A stretch of DNA of 41,893 nucleotides from Catajapyx aquilonaris. Lineage: Eukaryota. Made by a program: the position numbers and the translations under genes. The DNA lies in the NCBI GenBank assembly GCA_000934665.2, contig KZ538891.1, positions 1-41,893 on the forward strand, written 5' to 3'. Shown one piece after another: positions 10,087-22,300 of this stretch (the stretch's first letter is position 1; each line of letters opens with the position of its first letter). The notes below the pieces were generated by a model. The model did no database searches and was not told the DNA's origin. It saw nothing but the letters and a program-made list of their open reading frames with translations.

Positions 10087-10140
10087 ATTAAAGTTAATAA
10101 GTGCATAAACAAACATAGCTATTTTGAGGTAAGCAATAAA
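10087..10140 (+). terminator. Candidate polyadenylation signals
   Basis: ATTAAA at 10087-10092 and AATAAA at 10135-10140, about 140-190 nt after the TGA. Confidence 0.4.
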
Positions 10141-13100
10141 GCTAAGAGCAATAACCCAAGTTGCTGGCCGGATGTACGATTAGCATTCAAATTTTTTTCG
10201 AGTGCAAGTGCATCATATGACTTTTGGATGCCCTGTGCCCTTACTGGGCATCATCCGATAATTGGCGGAGACCTGTACGTCAGTCATGGCCGAATCAATA
10301 GCGGATGACAAATTAAGACCTTTTAATTACCTGAGTGTGCAAATCAATTGCGAGGTTGATTGCATTGCTGGTGTGGAACGTTTTGCTTGCGATTTTGCTG
10401 CTTTTGTTACAGGGCAACGCTTTTATTGATGGGTATCGCAAGTTTACAGCAACAGCTGCAGCCCAGATAAACTCGAGATGATGAGATTGCACATGTCGCT
10501 TGAGGGGGATAGTACTCCACTGATTCGGAGCCCTGATTTACGGCCCTGGATTTTCGCCACTTTCGAAGGACATAAGCCCTCCCCCGTGCAGATATTTTGC
10601 ATGCGTCAAGCCGGAATATTTGACGGCTATTTTCGCAACAGGAAACGCGAGTCAAAAACAGGAATCACAGTAGAGATAGCCGGCGATATCCGGTTCGATT
10701 TCACGTAACACTTATTTCACCAGTTCAACAAATACAATCGGGTGTCGGCATGGATGCACTTGCAGTCAGAAGGGGATACCTGGCGACAATTGCAGGGGCA
10801 TGTTCACTGTTCATACCAGCTTCCGACCTTGGACCAGATTGCGAGACACTTGGAGACAATGCAAGTGAGTGCCAGGGATTTCTTACCGCCGCGCCGCGCC
10901 GGTACCTCCTGCCAAGAGGGACTCCCCGAGTTACGGACCTTTGCTCATTATTTTCGTAACCGGTATTCCCGCCCCTTCCGTCTCATTCTCAAGTCTGCAT
11001 CCGAGTTTTCTAGTCACGTGCTGTAGGCTACGGTCCAGCTCGACATGTGACTTGTTGATTATGTGATTTGTGTCAGTTCTTGTCACTGCGGTGATTTTGA
11101 CAAAAATAAAGGTGATTCACCCTGCCGAAATATTAATACCTGTCATAGCGGAATCGTTCTGTTCCGCGAAAATTCGCCGTCATATATACGCTATATGGGC
11201 AATATTGCAATTGAAACTTTAAAAGTGAGTGTTTAGTACCCGTTTTCACCTATTTTCCAGCTGTCACTATGATGTATACTGGTATATCGTCATTTTTCAT
11301 GGTGCATTCTGGTGAAAGTCAGCTATTTTTCTCCACGTTTCATTTCTCCCTGCAAGACGCGGTGCATACTTCCACATGTTTCATTTCGCATTGCTGCCTA
11401 TTTTAATCGTGTGTGACTGATGGCAACACAACTCGGGTGTGTCCCCATACTTCCTAACGACCTTGGCATCCTAGATGCCAAAAACATCTGGGACTTAAAA
11501 TAGGAACTAACGCGAGGCAATGAAGGATACATGCTATAGGTAGCGGAAAATAGACGAGATTTGCAATTTTGAATACCGGTATCTGACTTTCCGATTTCAT
11601 GGTTGCAATATCACCCGAGCCGACAGCAGGAGAGTCTTGTGTATGCATGCGGTTAGTAAATAAGCGAATCAAAATGAGGGGAATTTCTGCTTGCTGAATG
11701 TGACACTTTTCTGCAATCGGCACGTTGTAAAGTTGTGACTGCTACCGCCACTCGCCGCTTCAAGCAGTGTACCCAATTCCCGCCAGATGGCAGGACCTCC
11801 CTCACCTCTCATAGATTACCAGTACTTAGTCTATGCCAGATGTACATTACTCTATGCAAATGTGTCTGAAATGCAGTTGCGACCGCGCGGATTTTGCAAA
11901 GATCTGTTAGGGCCCGGTACACCAATGATGATATACCGTATACTGCGGTGTAATCGCGTATCTATGCAGCAGGTCAAATTGATGGAGACTATACAATGAT
12001 GCACTGGGAATGTAGGTGAGAAAATGTATGGGGGTGAGCGCTGTAATAATTCATGGTTGGCAAAGAGGTAGAATCTGGGAGAATAACAGGCGGCATAACT
12101 CCTTTGCGGTTTCGCAAAAGCGCGAGTTGAGGAAGATCCCATCCATTAGTCTTGAGGCCTTAGGCATGTCTTCGACCCCCTCCCTGCCCACCCATCCCCC
12201 TGAAGATTCATGGCGTGCGCCTTGTAAGAAGGGCTCTGGGTTTGATTCGTACTGACATCTGCCAGCAATCGAACCTTCTGCTGTCATGCATCAGGGAGAC
12301 CCAAAGGAGAAGAGAAGTGGACCTGTAACTTGGCTCACTTGAGCGGGGATCCAAAATAAGGCCCGGTGATTGAAAAGGTCAGCTCTAGCCCACTTTTTCA
12401 GGCTATTTTTAGGGAAATGAAGTGATAATGGAGCCCTCGACTCTGCCGCATGATGCATAGTAATAAGGGTGCAAAAATGAACTCAAATATGCATCATTTA
12501 TAAGGATAGCCTTTTGTATCAGACGACGTGTAGCCATGGAATGGGTTGGTTTACCATCTACACGGCGATTTACTAAGTCTCCCCTGAAACGCTTGCATAT
12601 TTACAGATATGCCTAGTTAGCTCTGCTACTTATAAATGTTGTGGCGGAGAGGCCCTAATAATTCATTATGGCGCGTACAATACTTAGACATTATCCCAGC
12701 ATGACATCAGCAGCAGAAATAGCTATATCAGGACATGTAATTTTTTTTACCTGTTAGTTAATGCGATTTGATGCCCAAAGGTGCACTAATTGGCAAAGTA
12801 GGCATGAATACATGCATTTTGATGTTGAAGTATATAAGTTTGGGGGCCCTGCTTGCACATCCAGGACAATGGAATTAGCGTAAGTATCCGATCTCTCCGG
12901 ACATCTAGGATTGTGCACATGCTTCCTGAATTGGAGATAGGCGGATTTGATTTAGGCCAAAATCAATGTGGAAAGTCAGGCCGAGGAGAAGTCTAGAAGC
13001 GCCCTGCTGCCGGTACTGGGCCCAGCTTACGTCGCCTAAAATATTTAGCGAGTGCATGATTAATTCACGTGGGCTGTTAGATCGATGTCGAGGGAAAGCA

Positions 13101-14935
13101 AACTGCTTTTGGCCTCTCCAAGAGGTATGAGGCCTTTTCATTATTCTTGACATATAGGGAGCGATAAAGGCTTCGGGTCTTCCTTCCCCGGTGACAAATG
13201 ACACGCCGGTGGACACCAGGGACGCTGCAAGTTTAATACGAGGTTAGGCCAAGTTGAATAATTGCCTCTTCGGAGGAGCGTCTTAGGATCAGTGGAAAAC
13301 TTCCGGGCATAATGAATGCGTCTGATAGCGGGTTTGGAGTCGACGACATTCTGATAGACTTGCAGTAGAGAGCAATAAAATGGCTGGACTGGCTGGCTAA
13401 TTGCCGGAGTTTTTTGAGGACTTGTCATTATGTAAGGCAGGAAGCATGCAGTCAATTACACTGGCTGCCTGGTATGATAAGGGTTGGAGTGGCACGTAAT
13501 AACCATCAATACCTGCTGGGGGACTAGCAACACCACCCTGCCTTATCCACCCTTCAAACCAGCCTAATCTCCCAAAGTGCTGCTTTATGGAGGTGTTTTC
13601 GACCATGGAATACGTTGCTGAAACAAAAGGGGCTGGATGAAGCAATCTTGAAACACACGACAGATTTCGACGGATGTTAATTACGGGATTTTGTGCATGG
13701 AATTTGCTGCAGGATTGAGCTGGAAAAGGGGCTTTGGAATATGACAAGTACAATATTTATCGAGCAAAAGGCTGAACATACTGAAATAATTTTGCAGTCC
13801 ACTGGATGTGCACATTGCTGATGATGTGCTTCATTTGCCTTTTTGTCCAGGCAGTTATCAGCCACCATTTCCTACAGACGATTTTGTCGTAGGAGGTGCT
13901 CAACTTACATTGTACTCTCTCCGTGTGTAAGAGACAGTGATTTGAGTTATAACAATATTATTCTGTGGCAGATAATTTTCATCCCGATATTTTGTGCTGC
14001 GATTTTTGCAAAGACTTGTCGATACATACCCGCCGTATCATACACATTTCATTTGCTAGCCCAGTGGGAATATCATTGTTGGCATATGACATAACCATAC
14101 ATGTCATATTTCCCGTTCTGAGGCTAGCGGCTACATAGTGTACTGTTGTCGTCAGTGTTTGTTCAAAGGGCTTGGCGCTTGTGACGTCAAATTCGCCATA
14201 TGCAACTGTTTAATGTAGTAGTTCTACAGCAAGCCAGCCCGAGGAGATGATACTTCATTATTTTAAAATGTTGCTTTTAGGCTATTCTGAAAGGTCAGGA
14301 GCTGGTACACTTTCAGGAATGGTGGAATTCTTTATGATAAAGTGTTCTTTCGTCACGTAAAACGGGCGACTGAAATATCCGAAATATACCGGGTGGCTCA
14401 TTGTCAAAGTCCCCAGTTCAAGGAGATAAGTAATTGTTTACTCCAGCAGCTACATTTCCTTGCTTCTAGCCTCTGCGTATTTGCAATTCTGACCTTTAGA
14501 GATTCAACCGCACCATTTCCGAGATCCCTGTGTGTGGGCTGTGCACAAGAATTCATTGAATGGAAAATTATAACGTGCCTGTAGTGATAAAATGAAAGCT
14601 TCATTAATGTCCGTGGGCGCCATTAATCACCAAAGCGAATCAGGGGGACATCTTCCTTTCTGCAGCATAGTCCCCTGAATATTCTCTATCGCCTGTACAA
14701 CCAAGGGCTCCTCCTCCGTATTTACAGGCCCGTATATTCCAATCATCACCTCCGTGCGCTCGGACACCGTTACGACATTATAAGGACATATGAATCGGAG
14801 TCAGGCTAGCCCTGGACGGCCTGACAAGCGATGGATTTGAGTCCGCACTGCAACTAATTGGCCTCATTCATCATTCTGACAAGAGCAGGCGAACTAAAGC
14901 TAGTTGATTTCCCCGGAATTAAACGGAAAGGATTG

Positions 14936-14937
<2 letters not shown>

Positions 14938-14991
<54 letters not shown>
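14938..14991. repeat. (GA)n microsatellite
   Basis: Direct reading. Confidence 0.98.
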
Positions 14992-14998
<7 letters not shown>

Positions 14999-17779
14999 CT
15001 TCCAGGATTGTTCATCCTGACCTGATATGCAACCCGGTGGGGAAACTCCCCTCATATCGCGTGCCCTTATCAGCGCATCCCCTTGAAGGGGGTGTCCATA
15101 AGGTTGGGGTAGGAGTGACAAGGGGCTGATATTCAATGTGGCCGACATACCTTCTTGAATAAGGGAAGGCATGCCCACCAGGTGGGAGAGTAGCACAAAT
15201 TGCGATGGTTGCGTCAGGTTTGCATTATGGATACTTGATCAAAACGTGGTTGCTAGGTGCTGCACAGTGCGATGCTGATGAGGCGGCGCGGCTGAATTGT
15301 TTTGGACAGGGCGATGCATTATTCGTCTCGTGAAGCATGTCCTTGCGAGGAGGGAATGTAATTATTTTGTGCGAGTGTGCTCCTGACCGAAATGGCATGT
15401 AAGTTACAAGGAAGACCGTGCAATGCAACCAGTACTATTTTTCAAATCGCGGCTTGTCACGTCTGAAGCGCATCTATAAACCTAGAACAGTTTCCCATAG
15501 TAGGATCATGGTGAAAGTGAAATCAGTGTGGGGCCAATTATTCATTTTCTGAGTAGAAATATCCGATGTCACATAAAAAAATTCTGCTGTATCCAGGGGC
15601 TGTTATATATAGGCGTGTTATACTGTAGTACAGCTAGTTAGTTGTATGCAGTATTGCAAAACAACGGGACCCCAGGGCCCCATTGTGCAGTATACGCTAT
15701 AGTGGCTATACCATAACTTCAAAAACAGGATCTACGGAAAGTTGTTGCGTAACGCTATTCAATTACTCTCCTCTTATGTAACGCACTTCAGAACTGACAC
15801 AATAATGTGCATCTTTATAACCATCTTCCTGTGTTACGTGTGGAACTTTCTCTAGATGGAAAAAAGCATGAATTTTGCATTCGACAAGTTGCCTCTACTT
15901 TAAAATACACTGGGCTGGACCAAAAAAGAGCAAGGTCTCGTGACACGAAGTAGTGCATTGTGTGACACATTGTATAGCATCGGCGTTCGTCTTGGGGGTC
16001 CGGATCTCGCCAGAAGAGCCCGAAGCTTTTAGATGTCAGAAGTCTGGCATTTGTTCGCCGCTAATACCCGCTTCCTCTTGCAAGCTAGTCTGAAGTTGAA
16101 AGTACCACGACGCTGAACTTCCGGTTCCATTTCAACTTCCTGGAGCGTTGAGATGTTAACTTCTAGGTTTACTGCACGCGGGTTGTCGGAGGGAAATTGG
16201 AAGTCGGGTTGGGGCGAAGAAAGGACGGGTAGGGAAAAAAGGTCACCTTCTGAAAATGGTCGAGGGGCAGAGGAGACGGAGAAATATTTTTTAGCTTATT
16301 ATTTTAAGTAGTTATGTTTAGTTATCAGCTACAAGTACGAGGTAATTATATTCTGTCTAATAGAAACGCGTCGGATCTTAATCGTAATTAAGCTGGCGTA
16401 TAAGTGATTTTATTCATAATTTTTTCTGGAATGCATGTGGCTACGCCCTTGACTGTTGGATTCGCAATCTGATGGGCTAGATATTCTATAGTTGACGTCA
16501 CAAAACTGGCTTTCTCACTGAGAGCCGAGAGCCAGTGACATTTGTGACATCTAGACGAATAAACCAATATTGCGGTGGTTGTAACGTCATCGTCAGTTGT
16601 TATTGGCTCGTCTCTGCAATTCCTGACTATTCAGAGCAGTTCAGTAATGGAATGACCTGTGCGTGAACCAGCTGACCTGGAGCATGGTTAGCTGAATGGA
16701 TTAAAGGCCGAAGGGCGTTTTAGTTGGCTGCCGTTAATCATATTTAAGTCAAAGGTGGTCTTGAGCCAGTGAAGCTGAAGGGCATTGTGACTTTTGTTCC
16801 CACCTGACTGAGTCTGTAAGAGACCTTAAGGGCCAGTTAGGATTTCAGAAACGCATCACGGAGTAGCTTTATCCAGCTACAAGTTTGGCTTAATTGGATT
16901 TCTTGATTAATAGGCCCCGCCCCATGCTCCAGCGAGAAACTTTTGCGGATTGCGACACTTATTGTTCCTGGCAAATTATTTCGCTGTGTCGAAGCGAGGA
17001 GGCAGGGAGAGGTGCTGGCAGGGGTTTCGCTTTCCGCTTGGTGGAAGCTTATTAAGAGAGGCTGCCGACAATATCGCTGCTTGTTAGGTGCAGTCAATGT
17101 TGTTGCAATTATATTTTTCCGCGACAAACTCCGTTTCCTCCATAGAACGACCGCGGGTGGCCTTGCCATATCGCTACATGAAACTCGATACACATTTTTG
17201 CGTGGTATAGGTTAACCCTTGTCGAATTAAACTAGGCCAATGCATGTCGTTTGCAGGCCACATGCGAATGGTATAGTTTGTACAGCACTGCGTTAGTCCT
17301 GTAATGAAATCACGAGGGCTGAACTTACCACGGAACCGCGTAACTTCTGCAAGTTGTTTTAGTTATGGAAGTTCAGCAGTTCGATTATAATGTGGTGCGC
17401 AGCATTTCATGTTTGGAATTGAGTTCCGTTGTGTTGGAAAGGTCTTATTCGCCTGTGGACTTGGTTCTGGAGCAGGTTAATTAGAGGGGGTTTGAAACAA
17501 GCGAGTGAACCTGGACATTGTTTGGTTGGAGTTGACCTCTTTCGCACACATTGAAAGTGACTTGTTACACATCGACGGTATAGTAGAAGTTAACAGCAAG
17601 TTGTCGATTTGCAATGCCTCGTGGATCAACCTGATAGATTACGCATGTCAGCTAGATAAGGGTGCCTTATATCATCCCTGCCAGCCTAATAGTGGAAGCG
17701 GTTCAACTAATATTTAAGCAAAAGTGGCAAATTGTGATAAATGCAATTCCCTTGGTGGAGTTGTTCATTGGACCAATTA

Positions 17780-18740
17780 AAGCGATTTGGCCCGTTGTTC
17801 CGAAAATTTCACCCCTGAGGAGTCGAATGGGCGGCCATTTTGCAAAATGGCGGCGAGGTTTTTTTATTTTATTTTTAAATTTATTTTTAAATTTATTTTT
17901 AAATTTATTTTTACATTTTTTGTTGTGGTAAACTTATAAGTCTTCTCATAAGACTTCTTAGACTAAATCGGGGTCGGAGATTACAAATCTGAAGTCAAAA
18001 CACTGATTAAGCGATTATTTGAACGTTTTCAGGACGATGTTTACCAAAAATGTTCACAACTGTGTAGCAGTAATGGCGGTTGATCTTGACGGCTTATATG
18101 TTGGGCTGCAATGGTCATTCTGGTGCCATTTCCTAGATTTTCGGGGTCGAGGAACTCAATTCTGACATTTCCAAACTCCTCAGAGGTCAAGGTCATTGTC
18201 CGGAATACGGGTAGCACCAAGGGTAGTACATTAGTTCCGATAGCAGCTGGTGGTCCTCTATACCGCCATCTACCTCTTCTGCAATGTTACTGGTGGGTTT
18301 TTGACTGTTATGAACTATTTTGTATCTCTGAATCAGAGATACTCTTATACTTAATGTTAATCTTTCGTAAACGTACAGCATTTATGAAAATTGTGACGGT
18401 AAAATGGGGGGTAGTTCCAACACCAAATATAAACGTACAAGTATGCACAATACTGCATAAAACGGAATCTAAAATTACATCACTAGGGAGAAGTTCCTCT
18501 CTTTTCAATTTTACATTTATTTTATGTTAATAAGAAAACATCAGAAACATTTTAAATGTCTTTTTCCAACAAGTGTCGGAATTACGTCACAATTCCAACA
18601 ACACGCAATAAACGTCCGTTGACTTGGCCCGAACACTTTCGCAAATTTGTTTTTCGTTCATGACAATCGTTTGTGCTTCGTTTGTGCCAAAAAGCACATG
18701 ATTTTTGCTCATTCCGTTCTCGAGATATTAATTATTTTTA
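17780..18740. mobile_element. Degraded DNA-transposon interior (boundaries approximate), including a 12-bp tandem repeat
   Basis: Repeated TCGGGGTCG motif (~17967, ~18140) that also occurs inverted inside the MITE at ~25420; palindromic GGCCATTTTGCAAAATGGCG; (TTTATTTTTAAA)x~4 at 17868-17915. No terminal pair found. Confidence 0.4.
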
Positions 18741-18897
18741 CTTTTGCTTGAGTCAGGGATGGAGTTGCGCTTTGTGTTGGTGATGCTACATGGCTTTGTT
18801 ATGGCCCTTCCAGGCACGGTTCGTCGCGCTGCGGGGTATTTTTAGCGAATGCGGACCGTGAGCGGAGCTGGGCGCTTATTGTAGGTTTTGTATCCGC

Positions 18898-19157
18898 AAC
18901 ATTTACTGACCGTCTTGTCGCGCCGCAGGCCAACGAACGTTATTGTGGCTCTAATGCTGCTGAGATGTACACGGCGGGCGAAATTTTCACGGGGGCGAAT
19001 ACTCCGTGATGCAGAGACAATGCCTCCCGGAGTTTTCGCCCCCGGAATATTAGCCCCGTGACAATTTCTCCCCCGCCGTATAGTCTACATCTCAGCAGCA
19101 TTAGAGCCACAATAACGTTCGTAGGCCTGCGGCGCCACAAGACGGTCAGTAAATGTT
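18898..19157. mobile_element. Foldback/hairpin element with ~72-bp near-perfect arms and a nested inner inverted repeat
   Basis: AACATTTACTGACCGTCTTGT...GCTGCTGAGATGTA (18898-18969) versus TACATCTCAGCAGC...ACAAGACGGTCAGTAAATGTT (19086-19157); inner ACGGCGGGCGAAATTTTCACGGGG / CCCCGTGACAATTTCTCCCCCGCCGT. Confidence 0.85.
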
Positions 19158-19279
19158 TGGCTATATTGGCTACATTTGAGTTGGNTGGGTTAACGGTTTG
19201 GAAGGATCTGGAAAGATGACTAAGAGAGGGGGGAATGTTGCGAAGGGTGTGGGAGTGACGCTGAGCAGGCGCTGAGGGT

Positions 19280-19317
19280 GGGTGGATGCTGAGGAAGACC
19301 TTCCTCAGCATCCACCC
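19280..19317. repeat. Perfect short inverted repeat (18-bp arms, 2-nt spacer)
   Basis: GGGTGGATGCTGAGGAAG-AC-CTTCCTCAGCATCCACCC. Confidence 0.95.
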
Positions 19318-22300
19318 TCCCTCTACGTGTATTTCGGGGTTGCCCCCTGCGGTAGGGTCTCACAACGGGGGGTCGGAAGGGTTGGGAGTGATGTGGAGGG
19401 TTGAATATAAAAATGTGCAACATAAAATAAATACATAAAATAAGTCCATAGTTGAGGCACGACACTTTTTTGTGCAGAGATCTGCTTGTACAATCGAATT
19501 GATGCCCTACAGTTCATCACACAGCAGTGGCGCCAGCAATAAACTCAGTCTTTTTATAGACAGTGATATGCAATGTTTTGCACAGTACAATACAGGACTC
19601 CACGTATATTGACGAAAAAATAGTACCTTCTGAGGAATATGATATTGCTCCTGGGAATTGCTTGATGTTTCCAGCCATCCCTCCATATAGCTACTACCAT
19701 TCTTTCTGGTAGCTGTGTGTGGAATTGATTGTGACGTCACTGATAGAAGTGGCAAAGACGCAATCCCCGCATAAGCTCCTGGCCTCGTAGAAGCGGGCAC
19801 AAGTAGGTTAATCGGCATCGATGGAGGATGAAGGAGCCCGATTGAAAAGTGGAGCAAGACAGGGGCTGACTTACTGGAGGAAAAGAACAAAGGGCAGAGA
19901 TGAAAAGAAAGTCAAAATAAGCCTGGCGTGCAGCTACAGTTACGGACTTTTGGGAGGTTTCAGGCAATTAAATACCAGGAAAGGGGTAGAAGTTTGCGAT
20001 ATCATTTTTCCACTGGGGGAATCCATAGGAGCGGAAACGAGGTCGTTCCCTCCTACGAGAAAAAAGGGCTTGAGATAATAGCATAAGGACGTCATGAATG
20101 AATCTGCAGAGAGGACGTCAGGTGGCAGGTTTTGATCAATGTGATTAGTGGGGGCACACTTAGCCTGGAAGCCTATTCAGTGACATTAGTGCTCGAAAAA
20201 GTGTACTTTGCTTAGTATGGGGTGCAGTGCCCATGGGATTACCTAGCAGGCCTTATGACGAGAATGGGCAGAACGTGAGTACATACCGACTTGACAGTCT
20301 GATATGAGGACACGGTTTGCGTCACAGGTTTGGGGAGTTTAATTTTAATTTTTGCGAGGTGTTTTTCTGCGCGTTGGGGGATGGTGGTAAAGTTGTGTAT
20401 TTATATTTGGCGGCCAGGAGTTGCGTTGTTAACTTATACTAGGTGCGAAATCAATTTTTCAAAATGGCGATTTAAAATTACAGTACCGTGTATACTGGGT
20501 GGGGAGTTTTCGTGCCCCACATTGGTTTACAGTATATCCTACTAATGACAGGTTGAAAAGTACTGACACTTCATAATTCAACAGTTGTAGACCGACGTGT
20601 TGACATTGTAATAGGTTGCTGTTTGTCAACAAACAAGGGAGTTAGAAAGTTGTCACATTTTATCATGTAGGCCTGCGTGACCACACCCCATTAGCCTGTG
20701 CGGACCATCCTGAAAGTTTGTGAGTACTTGAACAACCTCCCAAATTGCGTATTGTATTGACATTGTAGATAGGTGTGTTCGGGACCCAGCAGTTTTGCAC
20801 ACTGTACACGTTATACGTGGGGATCTGCGACTCTGACCTTCAAAATGTTGGAACCTCTACCTTAAAATTTGAAAGATAACTAATGATAAGATAACTACTC
20901 AACCCTTTTAGATTCCCATTCACTGAACCACACCTTATAATTGGGCACCGACACAAGTGGAGTCAGCAGCTGCCAGATTGACCGTATAGTGTACACCTAC
21001 GGTCTGCAGGAATCGGTAGAGTTGAGCAGCAACGTAATGAACTGCTTGTATACCACCTTGCGGACAGTTTCCAGCATGATAGGGCATTGTGCACGTCTTG
21101 GCAGTCGTTTTACTCATCGATTTTAGTGGTGGGTTGGACATGACGGACGAGTTGGGTGATGGTATGCTGAAGCTCTGTGGTCGGCATCTGTGGCTCTCTA
21201 ACGGCTCTGATGGGAGCCATTCTGGTGCTGTAAGCTGCCTCCCGGCTTCTCCGGTCTTATTCTTCATTACAAGGCCTGCTTACACTTTAATTGCTCACGT
21301 AGGACGTGGCTCGAGTCCCCAAAATTGCCTTTGTATGGGTCAAAAGGGTGTGCTTTGGACGGGAGGTTTTGTTGGGGGACCCTGGGTTTGGGGCCACCCA
21401 AATTGATAGTAAAAAGCTTAGACTTGTGCGATATTTTACTCGCCAACAAACATTACCGTCATATTAAAGGAGTGGAACGGGGCTTGCAAAGATCAACCCA
21501 AATTGATGGGCCGGGAACTGCCGTTGCTGGCGCCACTGTTTTAAGGAATGATGTTGCATACAGAGTTACAGTTCAGGACCAACAAACCGGTTGCTTTCAG
21601 ACCACCACAGAATAGCCAGTTCACTGCTGCCTTGAATCCAATACATTGTGCGTTGTTTTCTCCACTAATTGAGCGAATATATAGTGGGCGTAATTAATGT
21701 GGGCAAGCATTGGGTCTGTAACTGACAAATCATGCACTATTGTGTGTCGTACCAACATCAGTGCAACATACCATTATCCAAACCCACCTCAGCTGAATTG
21801 GTCCCCACCCTAACCCATGCATAGGACGTTGAAAAAGTGGAAGCTCTTTGAATCGAAATGCTGTTCCGGATCGTGCTGGCTTTAGCGAGTGGTACAGTAC
21901 GTAGGGACTCCGTTGTCTGAAGGGGGGAAAAAGGGTTAATGAGGGGGCGGTTCGTGTCTTTCAGGTACGCTGACACGGCACTTCCTCTTCCCCGAAAAAG
22001 GCAAGGCCCTGTTCTTTCTCGCTCTTTGCAAATTATAGCCATTCCACCGCCTTGTTTTGTAATAAATTACGTTTTGTTGGGCGGCTGCTTAAATATCCCT
22101 GGAAGCGGCTTTTCGACTCCAAATATACGTCAGAAGCGCTATACGCCATCGGGGCCATTAACATAATGAAATAAGTTTCCGGTGTACAGTAACGCTGCCC
22201 AGTTGCTTAAGTATACACTGTATACCTATTCATTAAGTTACACGCTCTTTTAATTAGCTAGTCACGAATTTGGAGCGCTGGCTTGAGAGCGTTTTACTTG

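Noticed and set aside
10724..10864. Possible 141-nt exon (cacttatttcaccag| ... CAA|GTGAGT), phase-compatible with the exon at 9773
   Set aside because: All three frames are open and none is recognisable; it lies beyond the candidate polyA signals. Kept only as an alternative-splicing possibility.
15274..15300. Hammerhead ribozyme core (CTGATGA)
   Set aside because: No stem II followed by GAAA; the same is true for the other CTGATGA/CTGAAGA hits I examined by eye.
21127..21229. Possible exon GGLDMTDELGDGMLKLCGRHLWLSNGSDGSHSGA with a GxHLWL likeness to DGK-zeta/iota
   Set aside because: Lacks the following conserved Cys residues of the C1 domain and has the wrong spacing from DW; probably chance.
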